NCBI GenBank assembly: GCA_020027965.1
Contig: JAHRHE010000001.1
Coordinates: forward strand, 3,704 to 67,703
Length of the DNA stretch: 64,000 nt
Direction: 5' to 3'
Source of the DNA: Nitrospirota bacterium
Lineage (GTDB): Bacteria > Nitrospirota > Nitrospiria > Nitrospirales > Nitrospiraceae
Shown: positions 26,078 to 34,458 of the stretch, piece by piece
Numbering within the stretch: the first letter of the stretch is position 1
Layout of the letters: each line of letters begins with the position of its first letter
Notes under the pieces: model-generated
The model's input: only the letters and a program-made list of their open reading frames with translations
Told to the model about the DNA's origin: nothing
Database searches by the model: none
Translations under genes and position numbers: made by a program

Positions 26078-26176
26078 CGTGACGAGTGACGGGTGACGAG
26101 TGACAGGTGGGCTGCGGAAATGAATCCCAGGAGCCTTCCTGCAAACGCGTCACGCGTCACGTGTCACCCATCACGA
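26078..26176. repeat. period-7 inverted arm pair (GTGAC...GTCAC)
   Basis: GTGAC at 26079/26086/26093/26100. GTCAC/ATCAC at 26149/26156/26163/26170. ntrY-ntrX spacer. Confidence 0.9.
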
Positions 26177-26183
26177 GGACCGA

Positions 26184-27569
26184 ATGTCTGAATCGATTCT
26201 GATCGTGGATGACGAGCCAGCGATCCTGAATTCGCTGACAAAAATTCTTGAGGACGAAGGCTATCAGGTGCAGGTAGCCAAGACCGGAGCGGAGACGCTC
26301 AAGCTGATCTCAACGGATCCGCCAGATCTGGTGTTGCTGGATATTTGGATGCCTGAAATGGACGGGCTCGAGACCCTGAAGCGCGTCCGCGAGCTCTCGC
26401 TGCGACTGCCGGTGATGATGATGTCCGGGCATGGCTCGATCGAGACCGCGGTGAAGGCGATCAAGCTGGGTGCCTATGATTACATCGAGAAACCGCTCTC
26501 GCTCGAACACGTCACCCTGCGGGTTCGGCATGCCCTCGATCAGCATCGTCTGGAGGAGGAGAATCTCAGCCTGCGCACTCAGGTCGAGCGGCGGTTCGAA
26601 CTCGTCGGGAACTCGCCCGCCATGCAGCGACTTCGCCAGCTTGTCGCCACAGCCGGTCCCACAAACGGACGCGTCTTGATCTCGGGTGACAACGGAACCG
26701 GAAAGGAGCTGGTCGCCCGCGCGATCCACATGCAGAGCCCTCGCCGCGAGCGTCCGTTCGTGGCGGTCAACTGCGCCGCGATTCCGGAGACCCTGATCGA
26801 GAGCGAGCTGTTCGGACACGAGCGCGGTGCGTTCAGCGGCGCCACGCAGATGAAGCGCGGCCAGTTCGAACAGGCCAACGGGGGCACGCTCTTCCTCGAC
26901 GAGATCGGCGACATGAGTCTGAGCACGCAGTCCAAGGTCTTGCGGGCGCTGCAGGAACAACAGTTTCACCGGGTGGGCGGGACCAAGCTGTTGAAGGTGG
27001 ACGTACGCGTGATCGCGGCATCCAACAAACACCTGGCGAAGGAAATCGAGAAGGGGACGTTCAGAGACGACCTGTTTTACCGGTTGCATGTGTTGCCGAT
27101 CGAGGTGCCCGCCCTGCGTGAGCGGAAAGAAGACATTCCGCTGCTGGTCCGCCATTTCCTGCGCCTGCATGCGGAGGAACAAGGACTGAAGGCAAAAGAT
27201 GTCACTCCGGACGCGCTGGAAGCATTGCAACGCTACGATTGGCCGGGCAACATCCGAGAATTGCGCAACCTAGTCGAGCGACTGATGATCATGGTGCCGG
27301 GACCGGTCATCGAGGCCTCGGACGTGACCCTGTTCTTGCAGTCTCGTCCGGGGAGTCCCGCCGCCGCGCCGGGGCACCCATCTATGGCATCAAAGCCCTA
27401 CGACTCCCTTCGCGAGGCCCGCAATGCCTTCGAGCGTGACTACATCGCCCGCAAGCTCCGAGAGAACAACTGGAACGTGTCCCGAACCGCGGACCACCTC
27501 AAGATCGAGCGCAGCCACCTCCATCGGAAGATCAAGATGTTGAGTATCGAGCTGCGCCCTGAAAACTAG
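26184..27569 (+). CDS. ntrX: sigma-54-dependent response regulator (NtrX/NtrC family)
   Basis: 461 aa. Receiver (ILIVDDEP...DLVLLDIWMP), AAA+ (GDNGTGKELVARAIH, GAFSGA, ESELFGHERGAF), C-terminal HTH. Confidence 0.85.
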   Translation: MSESILIVDDEPAILNSLTKILEDEGYQVQVAKTGAETLKLISTDPPDLVLLDIWMPEMDGLETLKRVRELSLRLPVMMMSGHGSIETAVKAIKLGAYDYIEKPLSLEHVTLRVRHALDQHRLEEENLSLRTQVERRFELVGNSPAMQRLRQLVATAGPTNGRVLISGDNGTGKELVARAIHMQSPRRERPFVAVNCAAIPETLIESELFGHERGAFSGATQMKRGQFEQANGGTLFLDEIGDMSLSTQSKVLRALQEQQFHRVGGTKLLKVDVRVIAASNKHLAKEIEKGTFRDDLFYRLHVLPIEVPALRERKEDIPLLVRHFLRLHAEEQGLKAKDVTPDALEALQRYDWPGNIRELRNLVERLMIMVPGPVIEASDVTLFLQSRPGSPAAAPGHPSMASKPYDSLREARNAFERDYIARKLRENNWNVSRTADHLKIERSHLHRKIKMLSIELRPEN

Positions 27570-27750
27570 AAGCCTACTGAAGCTTGTCCTGAGTCTGTCG
27601 AAGGAAAGGCCCCTACTTCATTCTCCCCATACATTGCCCGCTTTTCCTCTTGGCATTGGCGCCCCGATAGACCCGTTGTGCTCGAATGGGTATGGCGGAA
27701 CAAGTATAATGGAAGCGGATTTGCTTGGCGTTGGGGGAGTAACTTAAGTT

Positions 27751-29115
27751 ATGGGTGACAAAATGCTCACCGTCACGATCGAGAAGCTGGTGCAGGGGGG
27801 GCGGGGATTGGCCCGTCACGACTCGCAGGTCGTGTTTGTGCGCGGGGCGATCCCTGCGGAGACGGTCTCGATCACAGGCGGTGCGCACCATAGGGGGTTT
27901 CAGGACGCCGCGGTGAGCGGCGTCCTGGTTGCCTCGCCCGACCGGGTGACGCCTCCCTGTCCGGTCTATGAAGTCTGCGGGGGCTGCCAGTTGCAGCATA
28001 TCCGGTACGAGGCCCAGCTCGCCTACAAGCGGGATATGCTCAACGAAACGTTGATGCGAGTCGGCAAGGTGACAGTAGACAGCCTTCCTCCGGTCATTGC
28101 CTCTCCGGAGCCCTATGGATACCGCAGCACGGTGCGTTTCGTGGTGTTCCGTCAGGGGAGCGGGTTCGCGTTCGGGTTTCACCGGGAGGGTACGAACGAG
28201 ACGGTGGCGGCTGCCGGCTGCTTGCTCGTTCCTGAAACCACCCGTGAAGTCGTCGCCAGACTGAGCGAACGGCTGGCCAGCCAGGGCAAGCTGCCGCTCC
28301 GACTGGAGACCGTAGAAATCAGGCGGTCGGTGGCGTTCGGCTCCGTGCTGGTGATCTATCGGGTCGGGCCTGCAGATCGCCAACGTGCCTGCCGACTCTT
28401 CGAGGTGTTTCGGGATATCCCCGGTGTGATCGGGCAGGTGGTGACGACAGCCGAAGGCAAAATGAAAAATGTAAAAGTTAAAATTGACTCTCCAGGACAA
28501 AGGGCAGGCAGCGGACAACAGATGTACAGGCGGCAACGATGGGTACAAGGGCAGGATTGGATTGCAGACCGGCTGGATGACCTGATCTTCCGGATCAGCG
28601 ATCGGTCATTCATACAGGCCAATTGGCCATTGAATGGGGCGCTCTCCAATACCGTCACTGAGTGGGTAGGACCATCGGAGGGTCGGCGTGTCCTGGAGCT
28701 GTACGCCGGGATCGGCACCCTGGGCCTGCCCCTGGCGCGCCGCGGCGCGCTGGTGACGGAAGTGGAGGCGAATCCCTACGCGCTGGCCGACGCGCGGCAT
28801 GCGGCCAAAGTTAATCACATCGGACGTTGCCGCTTCCGTCCTGTGCGGGCCGAGACGATGCTGCAGGCCACGCAAGCCGGTGAGTACGAGGTGGTCATCG
28901 TGGATCCGCCACGGACCGGGCTGAGTCAGGACTGCGTGAAAGAGTTGCTGCGGATCGGAGGAGAACGGTTGCTGTATCTCTCCTGCGATGCTCCGACGCT
29001 GGCGAGAGACCTGGGTCGGCTCTGTGGGGGCGGCTACCGGATCACCCGCATCCAAGCGTTCGACATGTTCCCCCAGACCGCGCACCTCGAGACGCTGGTC
29101 GAGTTGGTCCGCTGA
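27751..29115 (+). CDS. RumA/RlmD-family 23S rRNA (uracil-5-)-methyltransferase (TRAM + Fe-S + SAM MTase)
   Basis: 454 aa. TRAM-like N-terminus, CPVYEVCGGCQLQH cluster, FIQANWPLN, ELYAGIGTLG, VIVDPPRTG, LLYLSCDAPTLARD. Carries an odd A-rich insertion at 28456-28555. Confidence 0.8.
   Translation: MGDKMLTVTIEKLVQGGRGLARHDSQVVFVRGAIPAETVSITGGAHHRGFQDAAVSGVLVASPDRVTPPCPVYEVCGGCQLQHIRYEAQLAYKRDMLNETLMRVGKVTVDSLPPVIASPEPYGYRSTVRFVVFRQGSGFAFGFHREGTNETVAAAGCLLVPETTREVVARLSERLASQGKLPLRLETVEIRRSVAFGSVLVIYRVGPADRQRACRLFEVFRDIPGVIGQVVTTAEGKMKNVKVKIDSPGQRAGSGQQMYRRQRWVQGQDWIADRLDDLIFRISDRSFIQANWPLNGALSNTVTEWVGPSEGRRVLELYAGIGTLGLPLARRGALVTEVEANPYALADARHAAKVNHIGRCRFRPVRAETMLQATQAGEYEVVIVDPPRTGLSQDCVKELLRIGGERLLYLSCDAPTLARDLGRLCGGGYRITRIQAFDMFPQTAHLETLVELVR
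28456..28555. repeat. intragenic period-7 A-rich tract plus flanking direct repeat
   Basis: ggcaaaa tgaaaaa tgtaaaa gttaaaa (28456-28483). acaaagggcagg (28497-28508) and tacaagggcagg (28544-28555). Confidence 0.75.
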
Positions 29116-29189
29116 CCCCCCCTAACCCTCCCCCTCATGGGGGGCCTGCGACGAGCCTCAGTCGAGCGAGGGAAGGGTGGGGGGGTTCG

Positions 29190-29218
29190 TTGACCCTTCG
29201 GTCGACCTCCGGTATGAT
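29190..29218 (+). promoter_or_regulatory. candidate sigma-70 promoter of purM (TTGACC-17-TATGAT)
   Basis: TTGACC 29190-29195, TATGAT 29213-29218, 42 nt upstream of the purM ATG. Confidence 0.5.
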
Positions 29219-29230
29219 CCTACCCCTAAA

Positions 29231-29260
29231 CGCTTCACACTTCACGATTGACGGTTCGCA
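29231..29260. repeat. period-7 tract (TTCAC family) in the purM leader
   Basis: cgcttca cacttca cgattga cggttcg. Confidence 0.7.
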
Positions 29261-30313
29261 ATGACGACTTATCGACAGGCAGGCGTAGACATCGAAGCCG
29301 GGAGCGACCTCGTCCGACGAATCACGCCCTTGGTGCGATCGACGTTTCGACCGGAAGTGTTGACGGATCTGGGTGGGTTTGGCGGCCTGTTTCAGCTCCA
29401 GGCATCCCGCTACACAGCCCCGGTGCTAGTCTCGGGAACCGACGGGGTCGGTACCAAGCTGAAGATCGCGTTCCTCATGGACCGACACGACACGGTCGGC
29501 ATTGATCTGGTCGCAATGTGCGTGAACGACATCGCGGTCAGTGGGGCGGAGCCCCTGTTCTTCTTAGATTACCTGGCCATGGGGAAGCTGGAAGTCAAAA
29601 AGGCGGAGGCGATTGTCCGAGGCATTGCGGAGGGGTGCCGGCAGGCAGGCTGCGCCTTGATCGGCGGAGAGACCGCCGAGATGCCCTCCTCGTATCCCGA
29701 TGGCGAGTACGACCTCGCAGGCTTCGCAGTGGGCGTGGTGGATCAGCCGAAAGTCATCAACGGGCGGGGAACAAGCCCGGGTGATGTCCTGATCGGTCTA
29801 GCCTCGACGGGTCTGCATAGCAACGGGTACTCGCTCGCGCGGCGTGCCCTGTTCAAGGACGCGGGACTTACCGTGAAGAGCATCCTCACGGAGTTCGACC
29901 GACCGCTGGGCGATATCTTGCTGACGCCGACCCGGATCTACGCCAAGACGATCCTGGCACTGGCAGCCGAGCACCCGATCAAGGGTATCGCGCACATCAC
30001 CGGTGGTGGGATCACCGAAAACCTCCCGCGCATTTTGCCGGACGGGTGCCGCGCCAGGGTGCATCGCGGCACGTGGCCGGTCCCGCCGATCTTTTCGGTG
30101 CTGCGCCGGCTCGGACGAGTGGACGACGCGGAAATGTATCGGGTTTTCAATATGGGAATCGGGCTCGTGTTGGTGCTCCCAGCCGATCACGCCGACCGGG
30201 TCATCCGGCAGGCCTCCACTCTCGGAGACACGGGGTACCGGATCGGAGAGATAGTTCCGGGTGGGTCGGACGCGGAACGAGTCGAATATGTCGGAACCGA
30301 ACCCGCGAAGTAA
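29261..30313 (+). CDS. purM: phosphoribosylformylglycinamidine cyclo-ligase (AIR synthetase)
   Basis: 350 aa. YRQAGVDIEAG, GTDGVGTKLKIA, DLVAMCVNDI. Confidence 0.95.
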   Translation: MTTYRQAGVDIEAGSDLVRRITPLVRSTFRPEVLTDLGGFGGLFQLQASRYTAPVLVSGTDGVGTKLKIAFLMDRHDTVGIDLVAMCVNDIAVSGAEPLFFLDYLAMGKLEVKKAEAIVRGIAEGCRQAGCALIGGETAEMPSSYPDGEYDLAGFAVGVVDQPKVINGRGTSPGDVLIGLASTGLHSNGYSLARRALFKDAGLTVKSILTEFDRPLGDILLTPTRIYAKTILALAAEHPIKGIAHITGGGITENLPRILPDGCRARVHRGTWPVPPIFSVLRRLGRVDDAEMYRVFNMGIGLVLVLPADHADRVIRQASTLGDTGYRIGEIVPGGSDAERVEYVGTEPAK

Positions 30314-30947
30314 ATCACGGGCAAACAAGCTCCGAGTGGGAGTGTTGGCCTCCGGGCGGGGCTCCAATCTCCAGGCGGTCTTGGATGCCATCGAGGCCGG
30401 GATACTCGATGCCCAGGTTGCCGTGGTTCTGTGCAACAAGAAGGATGCCCAGGCCCTCGAGCGCGCGCGGCGCCACGGGCTGCCCGACGCGTTTCTCGAT
30501 CCCAAGCCGTTTGCCGGCCAGGCCGACAGTCGAGAGGCTTACGATCGAGCGGTTCTCGACGTGTTGCGGAAACACGACGTGGAGCTGGTCGCGCTGGCCG
30601 GGTACATGAGGATCGTCACGCCGGTGTTGATCTCTGCCTACCCATACCGCATCATGAATATTCACCCCTCGCTGTTGCCGTCCTTCCCAGGCCTGGAGGT
30701 GCAGAGGAAGGCGCTGGAGTGGGGAGTCAAGATCAGCGGTTGCACGGTGCATTTCGTCACCGAGGGCGTGGACGAGGGGCCTATCATCATCCAGGCGACG
30801 GTGCCTGTTCTGGAAGGAGACTCTGCTGATACCCTTGCGGCTCGTATCCTGGCGGAGGAACATCGCATCTATCCGCGCGCGATCCAGCTCTACGCCGAGG
30901 GCCGGTTGCTTGTCGACGGCCGCCGGGTGCGCATTGTAGGTGATTAA
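30288..30947 (+). CDS. purN: phosphoribosylglycinamide formyltransferase
   Basis: Start at MSEPNP. VLASGRGSNLQAV, NIHPSLLPSFPG, GCTVHFVTEGVDEGPII. Confidence 0.9.
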   Translation: MSEPNPRSKSRANKLRVGVLASGRGSNLQAVLDAIEAGILDAQVAVVLCNKKDAQALERARRHGLPDAFLDPKPFAGQADSREAYDRAVLDVLRKHDVELVALAGYMRIVTPVLISAYPYRIMNIHPSLLPSFPGLEVQRKALEWGVKISGCTVHFVTEGVDEGPIIIQATVPVLEGDSADTLAARILAEEHRIYPRAIQLYAEGRLLVDGRRVRIVGD

Positions 30948-30960
30948 CTTTCAGGCACCA

Positions 30961-31046
30961 GGACTGAGCACTGAGTGCTGAGTGTGAAACCACTCGGCTG
31001 ACCTTCCGAAAAGACCTCAGTCCTCGAACCTCAGTCCTCAGCACTG
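30961..31046. repeat. period-7 inverted arm pair (ACTGAG/CTCAGT family)
   Basis: ggactgagcactgagtgctgagtgtgaa ... cctcagtcctcgaacctcagtcctcagcactg. Confidence 0.85.
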
Positions 31047-31049
31047 TTT

Positions 31050-31313
31050 ATGGTGACCCGACAGGAAATCCTCGACGAGCAGATTCGGATGATCTGCCTT
31101 CGCCTGCGGGCCGACCTGGCCGCGTATCGGCTGGGCCACGCCTTGCTGAGCCACGAAGAAGGCTTGTCCTTGATCGAGCGCACGCGCGAGGAGATCCTTG
31201 ACTTGTTTCCGGACAAGGGTCAGGTGTTCGATCTGGTGCTGCGACCCAGGTTTCTGCGCATCCTGAACGAGCGGGCGTTGATGGAGTGGGGGTTGGCGGA
31301 TGCGACCAACTAA
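31050..31313 (+). CDS. small hypothetical protein (87 aa)
   Basis: ORF with coding-like composition. No family recognised. Confidence 0.45.
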   Translation: MVTRQEILDEQIRMICLRLRADLAAYRLGHALLSHEEGLSLIERTREEILDLFPDKGQVFDLVLRPRFLRILNERALMEWGLADATN

Positions 31314-31580
31314 GTTCCGGTAGTCTCTTACCCGTGAGTTGTGTATAATTCGGAGGCGATATTAGGTGCGAGCGCCGACCTTTCTCCCCGTCTCCTCCGC
31401 GGCCATCTCGCCACGGCACTCCCGCTGTGGCACTTCCCGCGGTCAAGAAGCTCCGGCGCTCGCGTTTTTCTTGTCCGCGCCTTAGCTGTGAGACAGTCGC
31501 CAGCAGCTCTTGGCTTCCGGCCATCGGCTCTCAGGTCTTTGCTATAAGCCATCAGCCATATGCTCTTCTCTTCGACGGGT

Positions 31581-31656
31581 GGGGGGCTAGCTCAGTTGGG
31601 AGAGCACGACGTTCGCAACGTCGGGGTCGCGGGTTCAAATCCCGTGCCCTCCACCA
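31581..31656 (+). tRNA. tRNA-Ala (anticodon CGC), CCA encoded
   Basis: Hand-folded cloverleaf: acceptor GGGGGGC/GCCCTCC with G3:U70, D arm GCTC-AGTTGGGA-GAGC, anticodon loop TTCGCAA, T arm GCGGG-TTCAAAT-CCCGT. Confidence 0.9.
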
Positions 31657-31776
31657 TTTGAACCCGCGACGGGGGTTCGAAGGGGGTGTGCCCCCTTCGT
31701 GGGGATCGTACAAGGGGGCTGGCCCCCTTCGTAGGAGCCGGTGAGGCAGGCTTCAGGGCCGAGCTGGCGACGGAGG

Positions 31777-31802
31777 GGGTTCAAATCCCGTGCCCTCCAC
31801 CA
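31777..31802 (+). repeat. exact 26-nt duplicate of the tRNA-Ala 3' end
   Basis: gggttcaaatcccgtgccctccacca at 31631-31656 and again at 31777-31802 (offset 146 nt). Confidence 0.9.
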
Positions 31803-31950
31803 CCTCGACTCCCCCTCGACTCGCGTTGCTCGCTCGGGGTCGCTCGGTGCAAGCAGCAACAAAAACGGGTGATTTACCGGCGTTCAGGGAGTCGAGGTGT
31901 GGTGAGCACGGGCCGACCAGGAATCGACCGTCGGCCCGAGTCGAACCACA

Positions 31951-32241
31951 ATGACCAAGCCTTGGCACGTGTATGTGGCTCTCCTCTCGGACGGCCGGTA
32001 CTACGTCGGCATTACCCACCTGCCGCCTGATCGGCGCGCTGCACGGCACCGTAGCGGGTTTGGAGGGCAATTCACGGGACGCATCCGTGTTGTCAAAATC
32101 CTCTGGTTCGAGACTCACCCTACAAGCGGATCCGCGCGCCGCCGTGAGCAACAGCTAAAGAAATGGAGCCACGCAAAGAAGCAGGCTCTGATTGAGGGCG
32201 ACATCGAACGCTTGAAGCTTCTCACCAGAGGGCGTTCGTAG
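31951..32241 (+). CDS. GIY-YIG nuclease-superfamily protein (UPF0213-like)
   Basis: 96 aa. WHVYVALLSDGRYYVGIT...RHRSG...RREQQLKKWSHAKKQALI matches the GIY-YIG small-protein pattern. Confidence 0.7.
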   Translation: MTKPWHVYVALLSDGRYYVGITHLPPDRRAARHRSGFGGQFTGRIRVVKILWFETHPTSGSARRREQQLKKWSHAKKQALIEGDIERLKLLTRGRS

Positions 32242-32297
32242 CCGCGCAATCTTTGGGAGCGGCTGCCACGCACAATCAAGGAACAGGAGCCAAATCC

Positions 32298-32555
32298 GTG
32301 GCGGATGGGACGATGTGGCTGAGGTTGTTGGCCGGGACCCTCACAACCATTGCCTTTCTGCCTCAGCTCATCCGAACGTGGCAGACCAAATCCACGAAGG
32401 ATATCTCCCTTGGAATGTTCCTGATCTTCACCGGCGGGGTTTTGCTCTGGCTGATTTATGGGGTGTTGATCAGTTCGCTTCCGGTCATGTTCGCCAACGG
32501 GCTCACCTTTCTGCTCGCGTCGGCCATCCTGGTACTCAAAATCCGCTACGGGTAA
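32298..32555 (+). CDS. SemiSWEET / PQ-loop family small transporter
   Basis: GTG 32298 (aggag 8 nt upstream) or ATG 32313. Three TM helices with a LPQLIRTWQTKSTKDIS PQ-loop motif. Confidence 0.6.
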   Translation: MADGTMWLRLLAGTLTTIAFLPQLIRTWQTKSTKDISLGMFLIFTGGVLLWLIYGVLISSLPVMFANGLTFLLASAILVLKIRYG

Positions 32556-32575
32556 ACCAAGATCCCCGATGTTCT

Positions 32576-33160
32576 TCAAGGCGTTGCTGCGGAGGGTGCA
32601 CCAGGTAGACCCAGGACGCCGGGAGCCTGCGTTCCGGCGGGTGGGCAGGTGACAGGCGGCGCGAGCGGATTGAGCGGATTCGGGCCGGGCGTGCAGGCCC
32701 GGGACGCCGCGGCCTGGACCTGAAAGGCGACCTGATTGTAGGCGATCGCGTTGTTGAAGTGCACCTTGCCGAGCGGCTGCGCGTTGCTCCGGCTCTTGAC
32801 CCCGCGGATCTCAGCGCCTGCCTTGATGAGTTCGAAGTCCTGTCCCGTGATCGGATCCTTGTACACGACCTGGAGATAGCGCTTCGGCAGCTTGGTAAGC
32901 TCCTCCAGACTCAGCGGATATTGATTCGGGCGTGTCGCCTTCTTGACCTGGTAGTCGGCTGCGAACGACTCAATGGCCGCCTTGATTCGGTTGCCGCGAA
33001 ACAGCAGTTCGGCCTCCTTGTCCCGCTTCACGGTGACCGCCCACTGCTTGCCGACCAGGGTCATGGCGATGCCCATCATCACGATCAGGAACATCACCAT
33101 GAGGTAGGTCACGCCGCGCTGGGTGGTGAGGATCGCCGCGCGACGACCTCCGCTGTTCAC
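32576..33160 (-). CDS. atypical pseudopilin-like protein (prepilin-type N-terminus without Glu+5)
   Basis: GTG 33160 overlaps the upstream stop (GTGA). Leader ...TTQRG then VTYLMVMFLIVMMGIAMTLV. Pro-rich C-terminus. Confidence 0.55.
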   Translation of the reverse strand: MNSGGRRAAILTTQRGVTYLMVMFLIVMMGIAMTLVGKQWAVTVKRDKEAELLFRGNRIKAAIESFAADYQVKKATRPNQYPLSLEELTKLPKRYLQVVYKDPITGQDFELIKAGAEIRGVKSRSNAQPLGKVHFNNAIAYNQVAFQVQAAASRACTPGPNPLNPLAPPVTCPPAGTQAPGVLGLPGAPSAATP

Positions 33161-33639
33161 TTGAACATGCCTCCGCCCTGCCCGGCACCCGGAGCTCGAG
33201 CTGGCGGGCAAGGGTTCTGATTGAACGGGTTGAGCGCGTTCACCCCTGGGATGCAGGGCTGCGCCCCCTGAGTCGCCACATCGGAAGAGGGCCCTGGGTC
33301 GCTGCCAACAGAAAGTCCAGGGGCCGCCTCGGGCGTCTGTTCCTGCATTGCAGGTGACTCGATCGGAACCGCCGGGGGCGCGGGGAGTGGTTCCATCGGG
33401 GACGTCATCGTGGGCAGATCAGACCTCTCGGGAAATCTGGCCGGCGCAGTACCACCGGCCGGAGGGACCGGGCTTGCCAGGTTCATCGGGCTGCAGTTCC
33501 TCAACTGGGCCGTGCTGTCGCTGAACACGCTCGTACCGCTTGAATCAGTACAACGGTACATCGCCGTCAGGGCCGGTTCACCGGCAAGGATCACTCCGAG
33601 CCCCAGCAGCGTGGCGAAGAAAAGGCCAAATCGAGGCAT
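33157..33639 (-). CDS. secreted DUF4124-like protein, Pro-rich
   Basis: 160 aa. Signal peptide, then MYRCTDSSGTSVFSD (DUF4124-like beta-hairpin motif). Confidence 0.55.
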   Translation of the reverse strand: MPRFGLFFATLLGLGVILAGEPALTAMYRCTDSSGTSVFSDSTAQLRNCSPMNLASPVPPAGGTAPARFPERSDLPTMTSPMEPLPAPPAVPIESPAMQEQTPEAAPGLSVGSDPGPSSDVATQGAQPCIPGVNALNPFNQNPCPPARAPGAGQGGGMFK

Positions 33640-33723
33640 CGTACTGCACCGTGCTTCGTTCTGAGTTCGAAGCGTTCAGTTGTCAGCTTAACTCAACACT
33701 CATAACCCAAATCTCATGGCTGC

Positions 33724-34458
33724 CTAGCGTCGGCGTAAGTGCAACTCGCCCTTGGCGGCGTCCAGCGTCACCAGGAACTTATCTAGAAACGTCAGACCTA
33801 GTAGACCTTCCACCCCCGGCGGTGCGTCCGGCAAATCGTGCACCGCGGCGGTCACGTTTCTTGCCTCAGCATCACTCACGCTGATCGTCTCCACCTGGAC
33901 GATGTCGGCCCGCACGGAGCCCCCGACGGTCCCCAACGTCACGGTCGGCGAGCTTGCGCTTGGCACGATCCCCAGGTCGCGAACTACTGCATACGACAGA
34001 ACCGTGATGTCGGCGCCGGTATCCAGGATCAACTTGGCGTCGCGCGTCCCGTTCAGCCGGACCTGGACGACCAACGAGCGGCCCGCGCGGAGAACCGGGA
34101 CTCGCACGTAGGCCGAGGGCTGGGTCGCCGCAAAAGCCTCAGAGGGTGACATCGCCGGTTCCTCACCGGTGGATGGAGGGGATGGCTGTTCACCAGGGGC
34201 TACCTTTGGTCTCGTGGGTGGCTTCTGAGCCTGAGGAGGCTCCTGGTAAATCACGGTGCAGTGTTCAGCTTGGACCGGGCTGTCGGTATACACGCTGGCA
34301 CCGGACGCGTCGATGCAGTGAAACACTGCCGGCCATGCCAGGCGAGGAGTCACAAGGCTCACCAGTCCAAGCGTGAGCGTCAGGATAGTGGCGTAGCGAG
34401 ACATGTGGTGCAACTCATGAGAGCTATGGATCTGTGAGCCCATGGTCTTCAGGGTCAC
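33724..34458 (-). CDS. DUF4124-like + retropepsin-like (clan AA) aspartic protease domain protein
   Basis: 244-aa ORF (alternative start MSRYATIL at 34404). VFHCIDASGASVYTD, then VRLNGTRDAKLILDTGADITVLS...GLLGLTFLDKF (DTGA catalytic motif). Confidence 0.65.
   Translation of the reverse strand: MTLKTMGSQIHSSHELHHMSRYATILTLTLGLVSLVTPRLAWPAVFHCIDASGASVYTDSPVQAEHCTVIYQEPPQAQKPPTRPKVAPGEQPSPPSTGEEPAMSPSEAFAATQPSAYVRVPVLRAGRSLVVQVRLNGTRDAKLILDTGADITVLSYAVVRDLGIVPSASSPTVTLGTVGGSVRADIVQVETISVSDAEARNVTAAVHDLPDAPPGVEGLLGLTFLDKFLVTLDAAKGELHLRRR

Noticed and set aside
29116-29187. Rho-independent terminator after the methyltransferase gene (ccccccctaaccctcc ... gagggaagggtggggggg).
   Set aside because: The arms pair well, but the loop is about 30 nt and no U-tract follows. 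It is kept only as a GC-rich palindrome related to the GTCGAAGG family.
31728-31803. A second tRNA gene ending at the duplicated CCA.
   Set aside because: Only the 3' 26 nt match tRNA-Ala. The upstream 50 nt cannot form acceptor, D or anticodon arms.
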